NCBI GenBank assembly: GCA_963700635.1
Contig: CAVOYH010000003.1
Location: 352,001-416,000 of the forward strand
Origin: an uncultured Bacteroidota bacterium
GTDB lineage: Bacteria > Bacteroidota > Ignavibacteria > UBA10030 > UBA6906
DNA: 64,000 bases
Direction of reading: 5' to 3'
Below the pieces are notes generated by a model. It was given only the letters and a program-made list of their open reading frames with translations, was not told the DNA's origin and searched no databases. This document shows, one piece after another, positions 21,501-33,069 of the stretch (position 1 is its first letter; every line of letters begins with the position of its first letter). Made by a program: the position numbers and the translations under genes.

Positions 21501-22277
21501 GGATTCCCATTCCCAGAATTCCAGACGAATCCCTATATGTGCGCTCAGCGCACCGTATCCCGACTCATTTTCACCCGCAACGGTCGATACCAGATAAGCC
21601 CCGCTGACGGCCTGAAGCCGCCTCCAGCGATTGCCTTCAAGGCGGTACAATCCATCCGGGGCGTTAAGGAGCGCCGTGCCTGCCTTCGAAGAATATATCT
21701 GGAAGGGATGTTCCGGGACGCGTGTTGTGAGGGGATGTTCGAACGGAGAAGGAAATAGTGAGAGTGTATCATGATGCAGCAGGTACAGAGATCTGTCACT
21801 CTGGAGAAGCAGCCCGCGACCGGGCAAGACAACCGCCCTGTTCACCTGCACTGCGGCGCCGTTGTGCATCAGCGGGATCGGCGTGTATCCCTGTGAGTCG
21901 ACCCGAAAAACTGCCGGAGGAACGACGAGGAGTATTCCGGCCGAATCAGCGAGAGTGCTTGCCCTGCCAAGATGGGGAACGAGAGTGTCAGGGGGAAGAG
22001 TCTGCCAGCGGTATCCGTCGTACCACGCAAGAGCGGAACGCGTTCGAACCCACAGTGTTCCCGTGGGGCTCTCGATGATATCATACACCGGTCCGGGAGG
22101 GATCCCTGATTCAACGCCAAACCATTTCCACCGCCATTCCTGCGACAGATCTGATAGGCGGGCCTGTGCGACAAGATCCGGGACATATCCTCCCAGCAGC
22201 ATCCCGCAGAATAATAGACCCACCCAGAAGCGGGAGCACGTGTTCTCCCCGCAGCGAACCCGTTCGGCATTTTTCAT
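18558..22277 (-). CDS. Membrane sensor histidine kinase: beta-propeller and Y_Y_Y-like domain, TM, two PAS domains, HisKA_2/HATPase; paralog of the neighbour
   Basis: Start taken at ATG 22277 (MKNAERV), just after the ppgK stop. EIHHRVKNNLQ, NELVSNALKYAF, DTGVG. Confidence 0.9.
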   Translation of the reverse strand: MKNAERVRCGENTCSRFWVGLLFCGMLLGGYVPDLVAQARLSDLSQEWRWKWFGVESGIPPGPVYDIIESPTGTLWVRTRSALAWYDGYRWQTLPPDTLVPHLGRASTLADSAGILLVVPPAVFRVDSQGYTPIPLMHNGAAVQVNRAVVLPGRGLLLQSDRSLYLLHHDTLSLFPSPFEHPLTTRVPEHPFQIYSSKAGTALLNAPDGLYRLEGNRWRRLQAVSGAYLVSTVAGENESGYGALSAHIGIRLEFWEWESGGTVRRTQVEPVETFTSLGIHPDGSFLVIQSSGDISVRVGTTWQKIPSVPPAMLGAIGVYFDSRGDLWIAKSNGVYVCRLSSQIWKSLFQSDRTRSNAINELLFSRDGSSWIGSSEGIRVYRDSTLDRHLREINGVSLGIVTGLAEDVRGNIWVSSGASFGGAFRWDGNSWRHYGSREGFTDNSVHRITNDRNGNLWFLTISRLAPGVSQTPEDGPYVYDGKRFVRVAEPEGMLRGRVYALAHDSSGAYWFGGLRGLARKKGNAWTYWNVENGLRSNRVFTLAVDKDNRLWFGHQSNGLGYIDSLDVPVYATPEDAIPPQSVWDLLVDYSGRLWVATREGLAVHDHGAWSLFGQREGLRNPSLWPLEMKGKRLFVGTSYSGVMILDVGVLEGPPPIVRYQEPVHRGDIVHFAWQTFASREFLPAAEVETRYRVDREKWSPWDVSGTADIANLSSGKHTFEVQARGMLAQVDNSPPVLHFEVPPPFFLNPQFLVPMGVLSILLMILAIRLSRKKREHLNQLRARDERYRAVVDQQIDLIVRTLPDGRLSFVNEAVCTLLGRSREELIGQTLFSVFRTDPSDNTLAALYEAPTASFPRELDVSFTSNDGTARWIRWIADAITNEREEVQELQVVGRDITDRKQAERDLAMSEERYRVLAEQTGQLIYDYDVASGDIAWYGAITDVTGYTNQEFQTVTIKRWEEMIHPDDRDAALAALNTAMTSHKHYDIEYQFLHKDGTYVDIFDNGVFLDGSEGVVKRMLGTMTNITSRKRNEALIATSLKEKEVLLKEIHHRVKNNLQVISSLLNLQSAEVSDHRALEQLRESQHRIRSMALIHERLYQSKNLANIDFENYVRSLCSYLIRSYKPTGVRLVTLLEHISLPVTAAIPCGLIINELVSNALKYAFVGGVQGEIKISMSVSQGKNAVLTVHDTGVGFPAEMDFRKTNTLGMQLVNTLTAQINGTIDLIRGSGTTFSITFPTEL

Positions 22278-22279
22278 TC

Positions 22280-23035
22280 TTACTCCCTCGAGACCGCTGC
22301 CAGCGCAGCCCCCACGATCCCGGCCTCGTTTCGTAGAAGCGCCGGAACCACCTCCGCTTTGGTGGTGATTTCCGGCAGAAAGCGGGACGCCCTGCGGCTC
22401 ACACCGCCCCCAACAATGATCAGGTCCGGCCACAGCACATTCTCCAGTGCGAGAAGGAAAACATTCACCCGTTTTCCCCAGTTCTTCCAGGAAAGATCTT
22501 TGACCTTTTTGATACGTGCGGACGCCCGCACCTCGGCGGGGCTTCCGCGGACTTCCATCTGCCCGAATTCGGTGTTCGGAACAAGGTGACCATTCACGAA
22601 CACCGACGTCCCGATCCCTGTCCCGAACGTCGTGACCACCACCACACCTGTTCGTCCCTTTCCGGCGCCGAATTGCATTTCGGCGAGTCCTGCTGCGTCG
22701 GCGTCGTTGACCACTGTCACCGGACATCCACAGGCTTTGCCGTACACATCCGATACGTTCACGCCAATCCAGGATCTATCGAGATTCGCAAGCGAACGTA
22801 CACGTCCGTTCTTGATCGGCCCGGGCATGCCGCATCCCACAGCCCCATGCCATTCAAAATGACGGACAACACGTGCCACCACACGGGCGATTCTCTTTGG
22901 ATCAGCCGGAGTGGGTGTTTTCAAGCGGTATCGTTCTGTGACAAGAGTCCCTTTGTCCACATCGACAATCGCACCTTTGATTCCGCTGCCGCCGACATCG
23001 ATTCCCAGAATCAGATGTGCGCGCGGAGTGCTCAC
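22280..23035 (-). CDS. ppgK: Polyphosphate/ATP glucokinase (ROK family)
   Basis: [45 protein letters not shown]. Confidence 0.9.
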   Translation of the reverse strand: MSTPRAHLILGIDVGGSGIKGAIVDVDKGTLVTERYRLKTPTPADPKRIARVVARVVRHFEWHGAVGCGMPGPIKNGRVRSLANLDRSWIGVNVSDVYGKACGCPVTVVNDADAAGLAEMQFGAGKGRTGVVVVTTFGTGIGTSVFVNGHLVPNTEFGQMEVRGSPAEVRASARIKKVKDLSWKNWGKRVNVFLLALENVLWPDLIIVGGGVSRRASRFLPEITTKAEVVPALLRNEAGIVGAALAAVSRE

Positions 23036-24168
23036 AGGGTGGTTCGTTTCACATTCAGATTTCTGGTGAGACCGTCGAAGGATTTTTCGAATGCAGCAAC
23101 ACCGTCACGTTCGAGCGTTTCAAGAACGCGTTCCATCTCTATCCCGGCTTTCTCCAACGCGGCAAGAGTGCTCCGCGCACCCTCAAGATCATGTTCCACC
23201 GAAAGGGCCGGGCGGCAGTGCGAAAGAATTGCAGCGTACGTGGCAGGCGGGACAGTGTTCACCGTGTGAGGTCCGATGAGCGTATCGACGTACAACAGAT
23301 CGCTGTACGCAGGGTTTTTTGTGCCGGTGCTTCCCCATAGAGGGCGCTGAACCGTTGCGCCTTGTTTCTTCAATGCATCAAATCGCGGGGACGAGAATAT
23401 TCGTTTGAAGGCCTGATAGATGATCTTTGTGTTTGCGACTGCAGCCTTGCCTGCAAGCGCGCTGAGCCGGTCGGCCTCTACTCCGGCAAGTTCCCGGATC
23501 CTGACGCCGATCTGTTCGTCAACCATGGTATCAATACGGCTCACAAACACGCTTGCAACGGATGCCACCCGGGCGATTGGTTTACCCGCTTGTATCCGTT
23601 GCTCCAATCCGCGGAGATAGGCATCCGCGACTTCTTCATATCGTGCGGCGGAAAAGATGAGGGTTACATTGATATTGATCCCGTCGCTGATGGCCTGCGT
23701 AATGGCCGGCAATCCCTCGCGGGTGGCCGGAATCTTGATCATGGTGTTCGGGCGGTCAACACGCTCCCAGAGATCTTTCACTTCCAGACTCGTGCCGCTG
23801 GTATCCCGCGCCCTGGATGGCGTTACCTCTATACTCACAAAGCCGTCGCGTCCGGAAGTGCGCTGATAGACAGGCAACAATACATCCGCCGCCATCTGGA
23901 TGTCTTCCACCATCAGTGCGCGAATCAGGTGGTCGGTGCCCATTGCGGGAGCCGCACGGAGTAGCGAGAGGATCTGCGCATCATAGTCGGCACTCCCCGA
24001 TATGGCCTTCTCAAAGATCGTAGGGTTTGACGTCACCCCGAGGAGCCCCTGGTCCACCATCTGTTGTAATTCTCCGCTGCGGAGGACAGTCCGGCTGATG
24101 TTGTCGTACCAGATACTCTGACCCAGAGATTCCAGCTTGTGAAGAGGGTTCATCACATGCGCTTTCAT
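23032..24168 (-). CDS. tal: Transaldolase
   Basis: [43 protein letters not shown]. Confidence 0.95.
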   Translation of the reverse strand: MKAHVMNPLHKLESLGQSIWYDNISRTVLRSGELQQMVDQGLLGVTSNPTIFEKAISGSADYDAQILSLLRAAPAMGTDHLIRALMVEDIQMAADVLLPVYQRTSGRDGFVSIEVTPSRARDTSGTSLEVKDLWERVDRPNTMIKIPATREGLPAITQAISDGININVTLIFSAARYEEVADAYLRGLEQRIQAGKPIARVASVASVFVSRIDTMVDEQIGVRIRELAGVEADRLSALAGKAAVANTKIIYQAFKRIFSSPRFDALKKQGATVQRPLWGSTGTKNPAYSDLLYVDTLIGPHTVNTVPPATYAAILSHCRPALSVEHDLEGARSTLAALEKAGIEMERVLETLERDGVAAFEKSFDGLTRNLNVKRTTL

Positions 24169-24614
24169 CGTTGGAGATTTTCGATATCCAGGATCTTGTT
24201 CAGACGACGGACATGCCGATCTTCGTAGGAAAACGTCGCACCCAGAAACGCATGAACGATATCCAGAGAGAGCGCCGTACCGATAACACGCGATCCCAGA
24301 CAGAGAATATTGACATCGTCATGCTCAACGCACTGGTGGGCAGAATAGGTGTCATGACAGAGTCCGGCGCGGATGCCCTTGATCTTGTTGGCCGCCACAC
24401 TTGCCCCGACTCCGCTTCCACACACGAGAATGCCACGGTCGGCCCGGCCTTCAACAAGCGCTGTCCCCAGTGCGCGGGCCCATTCCGGATAGTCGGACGG
24501 CGTTTCATCAAACGCGCCTAGGTCCGTTATCGTCGCACCTTCCTGTCCGAGCCGTTCCAGCAGGAACCGCTTGAGCGCAAATCCGGCATGATCACCGGCA
24601 ATGGCAATTTTCAT
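24165..24614 (-). CDS. rpiB: Ribose-5-phosphate isomerase B
   Basis: DHAG, DYP, CGSGVG, ANK, RHVRR. Confidence 0.95.
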   Translation of the reverse strand: MKIAIAGDHAGFALKRFLLERLGQEGATITDLGAFDETPSDYPEWARALGTALVEGRADRGILVCGSGVGASVAANKIKGIRAGLCHDTYSAHQCVEHDDVNILCLGSRVIGTALSLDIVHAFLGATFSYEDRHVRRLNKILDIENLQR

Positions 24615-26656
24615 ACGAGCAGCCTCCTTGCGGCATCAACAACGGCGTCAGCCGTAATGCCGAGATTTCTGTACACCGTCTCATACGGAGCGGATGCACC
24701 ATACCCTTTCATCCCGATAAAAACGCCCCTGGTACCCAGATAACGTTCCCATCCCATCCCGACTCCTGCTTCAACAGCAACACGGGCCGTGACGGCCGGT
24801 GGAAGTACTTCATGGCGATATGATTCCGTTTGGGCTTCGAACAAATCCCAGGATGGCATACTCACGACACGGGCTGCCACTCCGGCGGAGGAGAGCGTAT
24901 CGTAGGCCGCAAGAGCTATGGATGTTTCTGAACCTGTCCCGATGAGGAGAACCTCGGGTTCAGGAGATCCACAAAGCGTGTACGCCCCGCGCACAAGACC
25001 CTCCGCAGGTGCGTACTTCTTCCTGTCCAGCACCGGCAGCTTCTGACGCGTCAGCGCCAGTACCACGGGACCAGACCGGTGTTCAAGGGCGAACTTCCAT
25101 GCCATGGCCGTTTCGTTTGCATCGGCAGGCCTGATCACCGTCAGTCCGGGCATACATCGTAACGAAGCAAACTGCTCTACCGCCTGGTGCGTTGGTCCGT
25201 CTTCACCAAGCCCGATACTATCATGCGTAAAGACAAATATTGATGGGTACTGTGAAAGCGCGGCAAGACGGACCGCAGCGCGCATATAGTCGACAAAGCA
25301 GAAGAAGGTCGCACCAAAAGGGACCAGCAGATCGCTGACTGCAATACCGTTTACGAGCGCAGCCATCGCGTGTTCCCGCACGCCAAACCGCAGATACCGT
25401 CCGTTGCGTTGGGTCTTGCTGAAATCCACCGCCCCCTTAAAACGTGTGTTGTTGGAGGGCGTCAGATCGGCGGAACCGCCGATGACCAGGGGAAGATGGG
25501 GCAAAATGGCGTCCAGGACCTTCCCCTGCGCTTCCCGCGTCGCCATTAACTTTCCCGGTTCAAAAACAGGAACCGTGCTGCGCCAGAGATCTTCCCACTG
25601 TGCGGGCATCCGCCGTTCGGCCGCGTCACTGAACCTGCGCGCCTGCTCGGGATAGACCTCAGCGTATTTCTTAAAAAGACTCCTCCACTGCTCCTCCAGT
25701 CCGCGCCCCTTGGTCACCTGTTGCCGGAACAGCGAGAGGGCTTCGTCAGGGATATGGAAGGAGAGTCCGGGATCCCATCCATACCGTTGTTTTGTGAGTA
25801 CAATTTCTTCAGGACCCAGTGGCGAACCGTGTGCTTCATGGGTATCCTGCTTGTTCGGGCTTCCGAATCCGATATGCGTTCTGAGCTTGATCAACGACGG
25901 ACGGTGTTGCTCTGCTTTCGCCGCCACGAGCGCACGTTCAAACGTTCCCATATCATTACCATCCCCATCCACTGTCTGCACAAACCAACCATAGGCCTCA
26001 AAACGCCCGGCCACGTCTTCGCTGAAGGAAAGCGAAGTTGATCCGTCAATGGAGATCCTGTTGTCGTCATACAGAACTATCAGGTTGTTCAGCCCCAGGT
26101 GGCCAGCAAGAGAACACGCTTCTGCCGCTACCCCTTCCTGCAGGCATCCGTCCCCGGCGATGACATAGATACGGTAGTCGATCACCGGATAACCATCGGT
26201 GTTAAAAAACGCCTCAAGGTACTTTTCCGCGACGGCCATTCCAACCGCATTGGAGATCCCCTGTCCGAGCGGTCCGGTGGTGACCTCCACGCCGGGAGTG
26301 TGTCCGTATTCGGGATGACCGGGAGTCGGACTCCCCCACTGACGAAATTGTTTGATATCGTCCAGCGACATCGGGTAGCCGGTGAGATGGAGAAGGGAAT
26401 ACAACAACATACATCCGTGCCCTGCAGACAGCACAAACCGGTCCCGGTTCACCCAGCGGGGGTTGGACGGATTGTGACGGAGATGGCGTGTCCAGAGCAC
26501 ATAGGCGGCCGGTGCCATCCCCATGGTGATGCCCGGGTGACCTGACCTGGCCTTCTCTATGGCATCGATGCACAGACACCGGATCGTGTTGATGGAAAGC
26601 TCATCAAGTTCGCTGAGGCTCGGATGGCGGGGGATGCGTGAAACAGGCTGTGACAC
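24611..26656 (-). CDS. tkt: Transketolase
   Basis: [52 protein letters not shown]. Confidence 0.97.
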   Translation of the reverse strand: MSQPVSRIPRHPSLSELDELSINTIRCLCIDAIEKARSGHPGITMGMAPAAYVLWTRHLRHNPSNPRWVNRDRFVLSAGHGCMLLYSLLHLTGYPMSLDDIKQFRQWGSPTPGHPEYGHTPGVEVTTGPLGQGISNAVGMAVAEKYLEAFFNTDGYPVIDYRIYVIAGDGCLQEGVAAEACSLAGHLGLNNLIVLYDDNRISIDGSTSLSFSEDVAGRFEAYGWFVQTVDGDGNDMGTFERALVAAKAEQHRPSLIKLRTHIGFGSPNKQDTHEAHGSPLGPEEIVLTKQRYGWDPGLSFHIPDEALSLFRQQVTKGRGLEEQWRSLFKKYAEVYPEQARRFSDAAERRMPAQWEDLWRSTVPVFEPGKLMATREAQGKVLDAILPHLPLVIGGSADLTPSNNTRFKGAVDFSKTQRNGRYLRFGVREHAMAALVNGIAVSDLLVPFGATFFCFVDYMRAAVRLAALSQYPSIFVFTHDSIGLGEDGPTHQAVEQFASLRCMPGLTVIRPADANETAMAWKFALEHRSGPVVLALTRQKLPVLDRKKYAPAEGLVRGAYTLCGSPEPEVLLIGTGSETSIALAAYDTLSSAGVAARVVSMPSWDLFEAQTESYRHEVLPPAVTARVAVEAGVGMGWERYLGTRGVFIGMKGYGASAPYETVYRNLGITADAVVDAARRLLV

Positions 26657-26773
26657 GTATTCACTCCGGGTTAGAAGGTGAAAAAGATCGGCCTATGCAA
26701 GAAAAGATAGGAAAAATAAGGAGATATTCAACGCACGTGTACGAACGGCAGTCGTTGCAGGCGGGGCCTCATA

Positions 26774-28423
26774 TCAACCGCCGGATAGCTGCCGACGGAT
26801 CTCGGTGATGAGGCCGGTGGTTGAAGCGTCATGCCCGGTCACCGGATCCCGGGACGTGAGCTCGGACAGAATGGTTTTTGCCAGCTGTTTGCCCAGCTCC
26901 ACACCCCACTGGTCAAACGAGTTAATGCGCCAGATGATACCCTGGACAAAAATCTTCTGTTCATACAGTGCCAGAAGGGACCCGAGCGTGCGCGGGGTGA
27001 GCTGGGGGAACAGGATGCTTGTAGTCGGGCGGTTGCCTGGAAAAACCTTGTGTGGTAGAAGACGTTCAAGAGATGCTGTGCTCAGATTTCCCTGCTCGAG
27101 TTCCTGCCGTGCCTCAGCCGCCGTCTTCCCCTTCATCAGCGCTTCCGTCTGGGCGAGAAAGTTTGAGATGAGGAGTTGATGATGTGTGCCGACAGGATTG
27201 TGCGTCTTTGTCGGCATAAGAAAATCCGAAGGAATGAACTGTGTCCCCTGATGAAGAAGCTGAAAAAAAGCGTGCTGACCGTTTGTTCCCGGCTCGCCCC
27301 AGATTACCGGGCCCGTGGCATACTCAACCGGACTGCCCTCCCGGTCCACCCTCTTCCCGTTGCTCTCCATATCCGCCTGCTGGAGATACGCCGGGAGCCG
27401 GTAGAGGTACTGATCGTAGGGCAGGATGGCATGACTTCGTGCGCCAAAGAAGTTAATGTACCAGATCCCGAGCAGGGCAAGGAGGACAGGGCTGTTCTGT
27501 TCCAGAGGCGCCGTTCGAAAATGCTCGTCCATCTCGAAGGCCCCGGCCAGCAATTCCTCAAATCTGTCCATCCCGATTGCCAACGCTATGGAAAGTCCAA
27601 TTGCTGACCAGAGGGAATACCTCCCCCCCACCCAATCCCAGAATTCAAACATATTCCGGGGATCGATGCCAAATGCCCGGACCGCTTCGATGTTTGTCGA
27701 GAGGGCCACAAAGTGCCGCGCGATGTCAGCATTATCACCGAGCGCTGTCCGAAACCAGTCACGAGCCGCGTGTGCATTCGCAAGGGTTTCCTGCGTCGTG
27801 AAGGTCTTCGATGCAACAATAAAGAGGGTCGACTCCGGCCGGACCCTCCGGAGAACTTCCGCAATATGTGTTCCATCCACATTCGAAACAAAATGAACCT
27901 GCAGACGCGCATGGTGGTAAGGGCGGAGCGCTTCGGTTACCATCATCGGTCCCAGATCGGATCCCCCGATACCGATATTCACGATGTCGGTGACTTGCTG
28001 GCCGGTCGAACCCTTCCAGGTTCCTTCCTGAACGGCTGACACAAAAACACGCATGTGATCGATCACAGCACGGACGGCAGGCTGGACGTCATCGCCGTCC
28101 ACCACCATCGTACGACCAACGGGTGCACGGAGAGCCACATGAAACACCGCCCGGTCTTCTGTAAAATTGATCCTCTCACCCCGGAACATCCGGTCGCGCC
28201 ACACCTCGACGTCTTCCTGGCGTGCCAGCGCAACGAGCAGCTTCATCGTCTCGTCGGTGATGATATGTTTGGAGTAGTCGATGAACAGAGGACCTGTGCG
28301 AAGGGAGAACCGGGAGAAACGATCGGGATCGCGGGCGAACAATTCCCGCATGTGTACCGATTCCATTGTGGCCTGATGACCCTGAAGCGCCTTCCAGGCC
28401 GGCGAGGAGGTGAGAGGTACCAT
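26774..28423 (-). CDS. pgi: Glucose-6-phosphate isomerase
   Basis: [43 protein letters not shown]. Start taken at ATG 28423. Confidence 0.97.
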   Translation of the reverse strand: MVPLTSSPAWKALQGHQATMESVHMRELFARDPDRFSRFSLRTGPLFIDYSKHIITDETMKLLVALARQEDVEVWRDRMFRGERINFTEDRAVFHVALRAPVGRTMVVDGDDVQPAVRAVIDHMRVFVSAVQEGTWKGSTGQQVTDIVNIGIGGSDLGPMMVTEALRPYHHARLQVHFVSNVDGTHIAEVLRRVRPESTLFIVASKTFTTQETLANAHAARDWFRTALGDNADIARHFVALSTNIEAVRAFGIDPRNMFEFWDWVGGRYSLWSAIGLSIALAIGMDRFEELLAGAFEMDEHFRTAPLEQNSPVLLALLGIWYINFFGARSHAILPYDQYLYRLPAYLQQADMESNGKRVDREGSPVEYATGPVIWGEPGTNGQHAFFQLLHQGTQFIPSDFLMPTKTHNPVGTHHQLLISNFLAQTEALMKGKTAAEARQELEQGNLSTASLERLLPHKVFPGNRPTTSILFPQLTPRTLGSLLALYEQKIFVQGIIWRINSFDQWGVELGKQLAKTILSELTSRDPVTGHDASTTGLITEIRRQLSGG

Positions 28424-28442
28424 GAAGACCTTCCGTAGGCTC

Positions 28443-30695
28443 TTACTGCTGTGTCGCGGAACCAGGTTTAACGGCTTGATCCAGGGCTTCAAGCATGATG
28501 CCCGGAGTAATCACTTCAGGCAACACCATCGGTTGTGTCGGCCTGCCTGCCGGGAAGAGAACATACAGAGGCACCCCGGATCGGCCGAACTTCGCAAGCA
28601 GACGTGTAATGTCCGGGTTTCTGTTGGTCCAGTCCGCTTTTATTGCGACCACCCCTAATGAACGGATCTTCTCCACCACACGTTCATCGGTAAGAACCGT
28701 GCGTTCATTCACCTTGCAGGTCAGACACCATTCTGCGGTAAAGTCCAGAAAGACCGTGCGATCGGCCACCAGGTGCGATTCCAGCGCCGCCACGGAAAAG
28801 GGCTGCCAGGGAATACCGTCTGACGACACTGATGTCTCAGTAGGATCGGGTGTTCCGGCTATGACCGACCGGATATCCAGGGTGGACTCAATGAAGAACC
28901 AGTAGCCAAAGGCGATAATCCCGGCGGCAACACTCCATACAATATATACGGTCCGCCGGGTCGCGCTGAGCGTGGCAAATCTGCCTACCAGCCATCCGGC
29001 CACACCGATGAAGAGCAGAAACGCGCCCGTCCAGATAACGGCTTCCATCCCCAGCTGCTTGCCCAGCACATAGAGCAGCCAGAGAAGAGTGGCCATCATC
29101 AGAAAACCCATAAACTGTTTTGCTGTCACCATCCACTCGCCGGGCTTTGGCATATACCTCAGCCATGCCGGACGGGCAGTGAGCAACAGGTACGGCAGTG
29201 CCATCCCCAATGCGACACACGCAAAGATAAGGAGGATGCTGCCGGCTGACTGCGAAAAAGCGAACCCCAGCGCGGATCCGAGAAACGGCGCTGTACATGG
29301 CGTTGCCAGAATCGTGGCAAACACTCCCTCGGAGAAGGACGAAAGATATCCTTTCCCATGGCCTTCCTGACGGGTCAGCACTGAACTGACTCCGGCAACA
29401 GCCGCACCGGGCAAGCGGATCTCAAAAACACCGAAGAGACTCAGGCCGAACGCGAATACCACCGCGATCATGACGACAACAAAGATCGGCTCCTGAAACT
29501 GGAATCCCCATCCCACCTGCTGGCCTGCAAGCTTCAGCGTAATGACAAGAAGCGCCAGAACAAGAAACGATACGAGAATACCCAGAGAGAACATCAGACC
29601 AAGCCGACGGACACGGGCGGGCTCGTCCCCGGCCATTTTTACAAGGCCGAACACCTTTAACGCAATCACCGGCAGCACGCACGGCATAATATTCAGGAGG
29701 AGGCCACCCAGCACCGCAAAAAGCGCATAGAGGATAAAGGATGTCTGGTCGGCAGCCGGCTGACCTGTCTGGAACGTCTGATCCAGCAGGCTCCCCGGCG
29801 GGATAGCACCGTCTGCAGCATCCGGACCCAACGGGACCTCCAGCTCGAAGGCACGGCGTAAACCCCGGCCATCCGGAATGACGACGATCCCGCGCAGAGT
29901 ATCGGGCGTGACATGCCCCGGAGAGTGTATGATGGGAACGGTGATGACAGCTTCTCCCCGGTCGAGTACTGTTGACGTACGACCGGTGGAAAAGCCCTCC
30001 GCAGTGTAGGGAAAAAAGTCGGGGAAGGATGCGGAATCAGAAAATACGTGTTGGGCCTTTCCGGAGGCCACTCGCACGATCACCCCGGTCTCTTCGACAG
30101 ATGGCATAAGAGTCAGGGAATCTCCCGGGGAGAGGGCCCGGGGAAGTGCCTTGCGGTAGCGCTCAAAAAGCTGTGCGTGATCCGGAGCGGGGTCGTCGGT
30201 CACGGCGGTCAATACGAGCGTTGCACTCCCTTCTCCGGGAACGCACGTCCGTTCACATTCAAGCCAATCTGCGTCAATACGAAGTGTACTCCGGGCCCCC
30301 GGAACAAGAGTGGAGGGGGGCGTCACCTCGAACATGAACATGGTTTCTTCCGTGTAGCCGTATGTCAGGAGGTCTCCCTCTTCGACCTTCTTTTCAGGAA
30401 TCGGCCACAACATCCTGCCAACACGGAATCCGGAAGGTAAAGTCCAGCGTACTTCGGTCGGCAATCCCGACTCCCCCGCATTGCGCCAGTACGTATGCCA
30501 CCCTGGTTGCATACGGAGTACCAATCCGAGGGTGAACGGAACACCTGGACGAATCCCCTGCACATCAGCGACCAGGGAGATCTCCGTGTGGACGCCGGTC
30601 TGTACGGGAACTGCGATCAGGTCAACGGGGAGCACAAAGAAAGTGAGGAGGAATAACGGGAGAATGGAACCCATCACACTAGAGCGGCTTTTCAT
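28443..30695 (-). CDS. dsbD: Thiol:disulfide interchange protein DsbD family
   Basis: GWHTYW.N.G and CERTC N-terminal domain; NIMPCVLP and ATPCTAP TM cysteines; C-terminal Trx WCLTC. Confidence 0.9.
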   Translation of the reverse strand: MKSRSSVMGSILPLFLLTFFVLPVDLIAVPVQTGVHTEISLVADVQGIRPGVPFTLGLVLRMQPGWHTYWRNAGESGLPTEVRWTLPSGFRVGRMLWPIPEKKVEEGDLLTYGYTEETMFMFEVTPPSTLVPGARSTLRIDADWLECERTCVPGEGSATLVLTAVTDDPAPDHAQLFERYRKALPRALSPGDSLTLMPSVEETGVIVRVASGKAQHVFSDSASFPDFFPYTAEGFSTGRTSTVLDRGEAVITVPIIHSPGHVTPDTLRGIVVIPDGRGLRRAFELEVPLGPDAADGAIPPGSLLDQTFQTGQPAADQTSFILYALFAVLGGLLLNIMPCVLPVIALKVFGLVKMAGDEPARVRRLGLMFSLGILVSFLVLALLVITLKLAGQQVGWGFQFQEPIFVVVMIAVVFAFGLSLFGVFEIRLPGAAVAGVSSVLTRQEGHGKGYLSSFSEGVFATILATPCTAPFLGSALGFAFSQSAGSILLIFACVALGMALPYLLLTARPAWLRYMPKPGEWMVTAKQFMGFLMMATLLWLLYVLGKQLGMEAVIWTGAFLLFIGVAGWLVGRFATLSATRRTVYIVWSVAAGIIAFGYWFFIESTLDIRSVIAGTPDPTETSVSSDGIPWQPFSVAALESHLVADRTVFLDFTAEWCLTCKVNERTVLTDERVVEKIRSLGVVAIKADWTNRNPDITRLLAKFGRSGVPLYVLFPAGRPTQPMVLPEVITPGIMLEALDQAVKPGSATQQ

Positions 30696-30849
30696 CCTTT
30701 TTTTTCCGGTCTCCGTGATGTAGAAAGTTCTGACGCCACCGTTTTCGGATCAGGAGAAGAAAATACCCGAATATGGCGATGCCAATAATCCCCAACAGAA
30801 TGATATTCATACCAAGGAACGACACGGCCCCTTGATCTTGCGGTTCCAT
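30679..30849 (-). CDS. Small single-TM membrane protein, 56 aa (absent from the ORF track)
   Basis: [56 protein letters not shown]. One hydrophobic helix then a basic patch; overlaps the dsbD start. Confidence 0.6.
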   Translation of the reverse strand: MEPQDQGAVSFLGMNIILLGIIGIAIFGYFLLLIRKRWRQNFLHHGDRKKKDEKPL

Positions 30850-30930
30850 AGAGGTTCTTTCCGGGGTGCCAACAAGTCGGCATACACTCTTCGTACAATA
30901 TAGAGAAACACCCAGGCGGATGCAAGATGT

Positions 30931-31515
30931 TCAACGTATCATCCAGTCCTTCAGCAGCGCTTCATAGTGCTCCGGAGCAAGTGCAGGAACCGGGAGCTCA
31001 CCCCGCGCAAGCCGTTGGCGAAGGGTCTCATAGAGGAGGACGGCAGCAGCAACCGAGACATTCAGGCTCTCAATCATGCCGCGCATCGGGATAAGCAAAC
31101 GACCATCTGCCAGATTCGCGGCCTCATCGGACACACCGCGGTGTTCATTGCCCAGAACCAGCGCCACATTTCCCGTCAGATCGTAGTCAAAGACAGACAG
31201 CGCGTCCTGATCCAGGCGTGTTGCCAGTATCCTGTATCCTTCCTTTCGTAACAGCGCGTAACAATCCGGCAGAGAGGTATGTTTTCGCCGATCGACCCAC
31301 TTACTCGCGCTGGAAGAGCTTTTTTTCCCGATCCGGGGGAACGGCTCGCTTGTATAGAGTAGCTCAACATGCACGACGCCCACAGCATCACAGGTCCGGA
31401 GAATCGCGCTGACATTGTGCGGATCGTGAATATTCTCCAACACCACCGTGAGTCCCGGCAGGCGTCGTTCAAGAACGCGCGTAATCTTCTCGGCCCGGCG
31501 TCGGCTAAGCGGCAA
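30931..31515 (-). CDS. trmH: tRNA (guanosine-2'-O)-methyltransferase, SpoU/TrmH family
   Basis: LENIHDPHNVSAILRTCDA, LGNEHRG, IPMRGMIESLNVSVA. Confidence 0.85.
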   Translation of the reverse strand: MPLSRRRAEKITRVLERRLPGLTVVLENIHDPHNVSAILRTCDAVGVVHVELLYTSEPFPRIGKKSSSSASKWVDRRKHTSLPDCYALLRKEGYRILATRLDQDALSVFDYDLTGNVALVLGNEHRGVSDEAANLADGRLLIPMRGMIESLNVSVAAAVLLYETLRQRLARGELPVPALAPEHYEALLKDWMIR

Positions 31516-32395
31516 GATGCTCCTCCGGATGAAAATGCAGAAGAAGAATCGCCGTCAGAACCAGGACGGCGCCAACAGCCTGTAAAGGTTCCAGGACCTC
31601 TCCCAGAAACAGTGCGGCGGAGCCGATTGCCACAATCGGTTCCAGCGTGCTGGTGATGATCGCGCGGGATGGCACGATCGACTGAAGGGCTCCGAAAAAC
31701 AGGGTGTGGGGGATAAGCAACGAGAATACCGCCAGAAGAAAGAGCGCACCCCAGGCGGTATACGACACGCCCGCCCCGGCAATGATCCAGGGCGGATTAA
31801 CAAGGAGCCAGAACAATGAAGCAAACAGGATAGAATAGAAGGTCATCGTCCAGACATTGTGACGGCGCAGGATGTACCGTGTAAAAACGGTCAGAAAGGC
31901 AAACCCGAAAACCGAGGCGATACCACTCACGATGCCTGCCTGTGTGATGGTCAGCACGGCCTTATCATAGGCGCCAACCGCCAGAAAGCACCCCGTGAGC
32001 GACAGAAGCGAGGCAAACACCTTTGTGAGTGTAAACCGTTCGTCCCTGCTCCAGACCGCATACAGCATGACCAGCAACGGTGCGGTGTACTGAATCAGAA
32101 TTGCCGTCGCGACGGTACTCTCACGGATGGTAAAATAGTACGTGAAGTTTGTGCCGGCGACCCCGATCCCCCCGAGCAGGGCAAATTTCCAGAGATCACG
32201 CCACCGCACACGCAGGAACTGCGGACGGAACCACCATACATATCCCAGTAGAATCACCAGCGAAAACGTTACACGCGATTGGACCACCAGAACGGGTTCG
32301 AGGTTCTGGTTCAGCAGGGCCTTGGCGCCTGTGGCGGAGACTCCCCACAGCACCGCCGCACCGACGATCATGAGAATACCACGGACTTCTTTCAT
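31505..32395 (-). CDS. EamA/DMT family transporter
   Basis: About 10 TM segments; AAVLWG, YTAP, LEPIVA...LGE. ATG 32395 overlaps the upstream stop. Confidence 0.9.
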   Translation of the reverse strand: MKEVRGILMIVGAAVLWGVSATGAKALLNQNLEPVLVVQSRVTFSLVILLGYVWWFRPQFLRVRWRDLWKFALLGGIGVAGTNFTYYFTIRESTVATAILIQYTAPLLVMLYAVWSRDERFTLTKVFASLLSLTGCFLAVGAYDKAVLTITQAGIVSGIASVFGFAFLTVFTRYILRRHNVWTMTFYSILFASLFWLLVNPPWIIAGAGVSYTAWGALFLLAVFSLLIPHTLFFGALQSIVPSRAIITSTLEPIVAIGSAALFLGEVLEPLQAVGAVLVLTAILLLHFHPEEHLAA

Positions 32396-32952
32396 GCAGC
32401 GGGCGGATCCGCATCGGTGGCGGTCCCTTCCTGCCCCTCTGCCTTCTGCCGGCACCATTCACTCCGTTCGGCATCCCCCGCAATATCATAAAGCTGTGCA
32501 AGGCGCTTGTAGAGCGGGGCCGGATGGGGCACGTGCTCGACTCCCCGCTTTAAAAAGTCTACCAGCACGCCAAGGGGTGGAATATTCAAATCCGGATCAT
32601 AACAGTCGCATGCATCAAGGTAGGGATCGGGTTCTGCAGGACGCGCTGACGCGGCCTTCTGATAGTACTCGAGTGCCAGTTCGAAGTTGTCGTTTGATGA
32701 AGCCGTGACTTCAAAGACGCTCGCCAGCCACAGATAGACGTCATAGGCGAGGTCATTAAATTCAACGGCCACCTTTTCACCGAACAATCTGATTTCGTCG
32801 GGTGTAAGGGACTGATTCCAGAACAACAACCGGTACGGCTCAACGTCTTTCATCTTCTGACGCAGCGCGGCCTGAAAGACATCGAAGATTTCGTTGAAGT
32901 CAGTGGACGCAGAGAAGGTCTGGCGTATGTCGTCTAGGGAATACTCGCGCAT
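32392..32952 (-). CDS. Hypothetical protein, TPR-like helical
   Basis: ALEYYQKA...P and LYKRLAQLY...G helical repeats; coupled to the EamA gene. Confidence 0.7.
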   Translation of the reverse strand: MREYSLDDIRQTFSASTDFNEIFDVFQAALRQKMKDVEPYRLLFWNQSLTPDEIRLFGEKVAVEFNDLAYDVYLWLASVFEVTASSNDNFELALEYYQKAASARPAEPDPYLDACDCYDPDLNIPPLGVLVDFLKRGVEHVPHPAPLYKRLAQLYDIAGDAERSEWCRQKAEGQEGTATDADPPAA

Positions 32953-33069
32953 GGCAGGAAGGCATCCGTGCGAAAACTAACAAACCCCTCTCTCAAAAGC
33001 AACCAGAACACCCGTGAGCACCCCGGCCACCGCTCATCGGAACAGCCACCCCGGGACGCCCGGGCGGAA

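Noticed and set aside
22278-22727. 150-aa N-terminal extension of the 1389-aa kinase ORF
   Set aside because: It overlaps ppgK in another frame and has shadow-like composition. ATG 22277 directly follows the ppgK stop and precedes a signal-like segment.
30692-30934. 80-aa ORF-track prediction between trmH and dsbD
   Set aside because: It has no protein-like features. The 56-aa TM ORF in another frame explains the region better.
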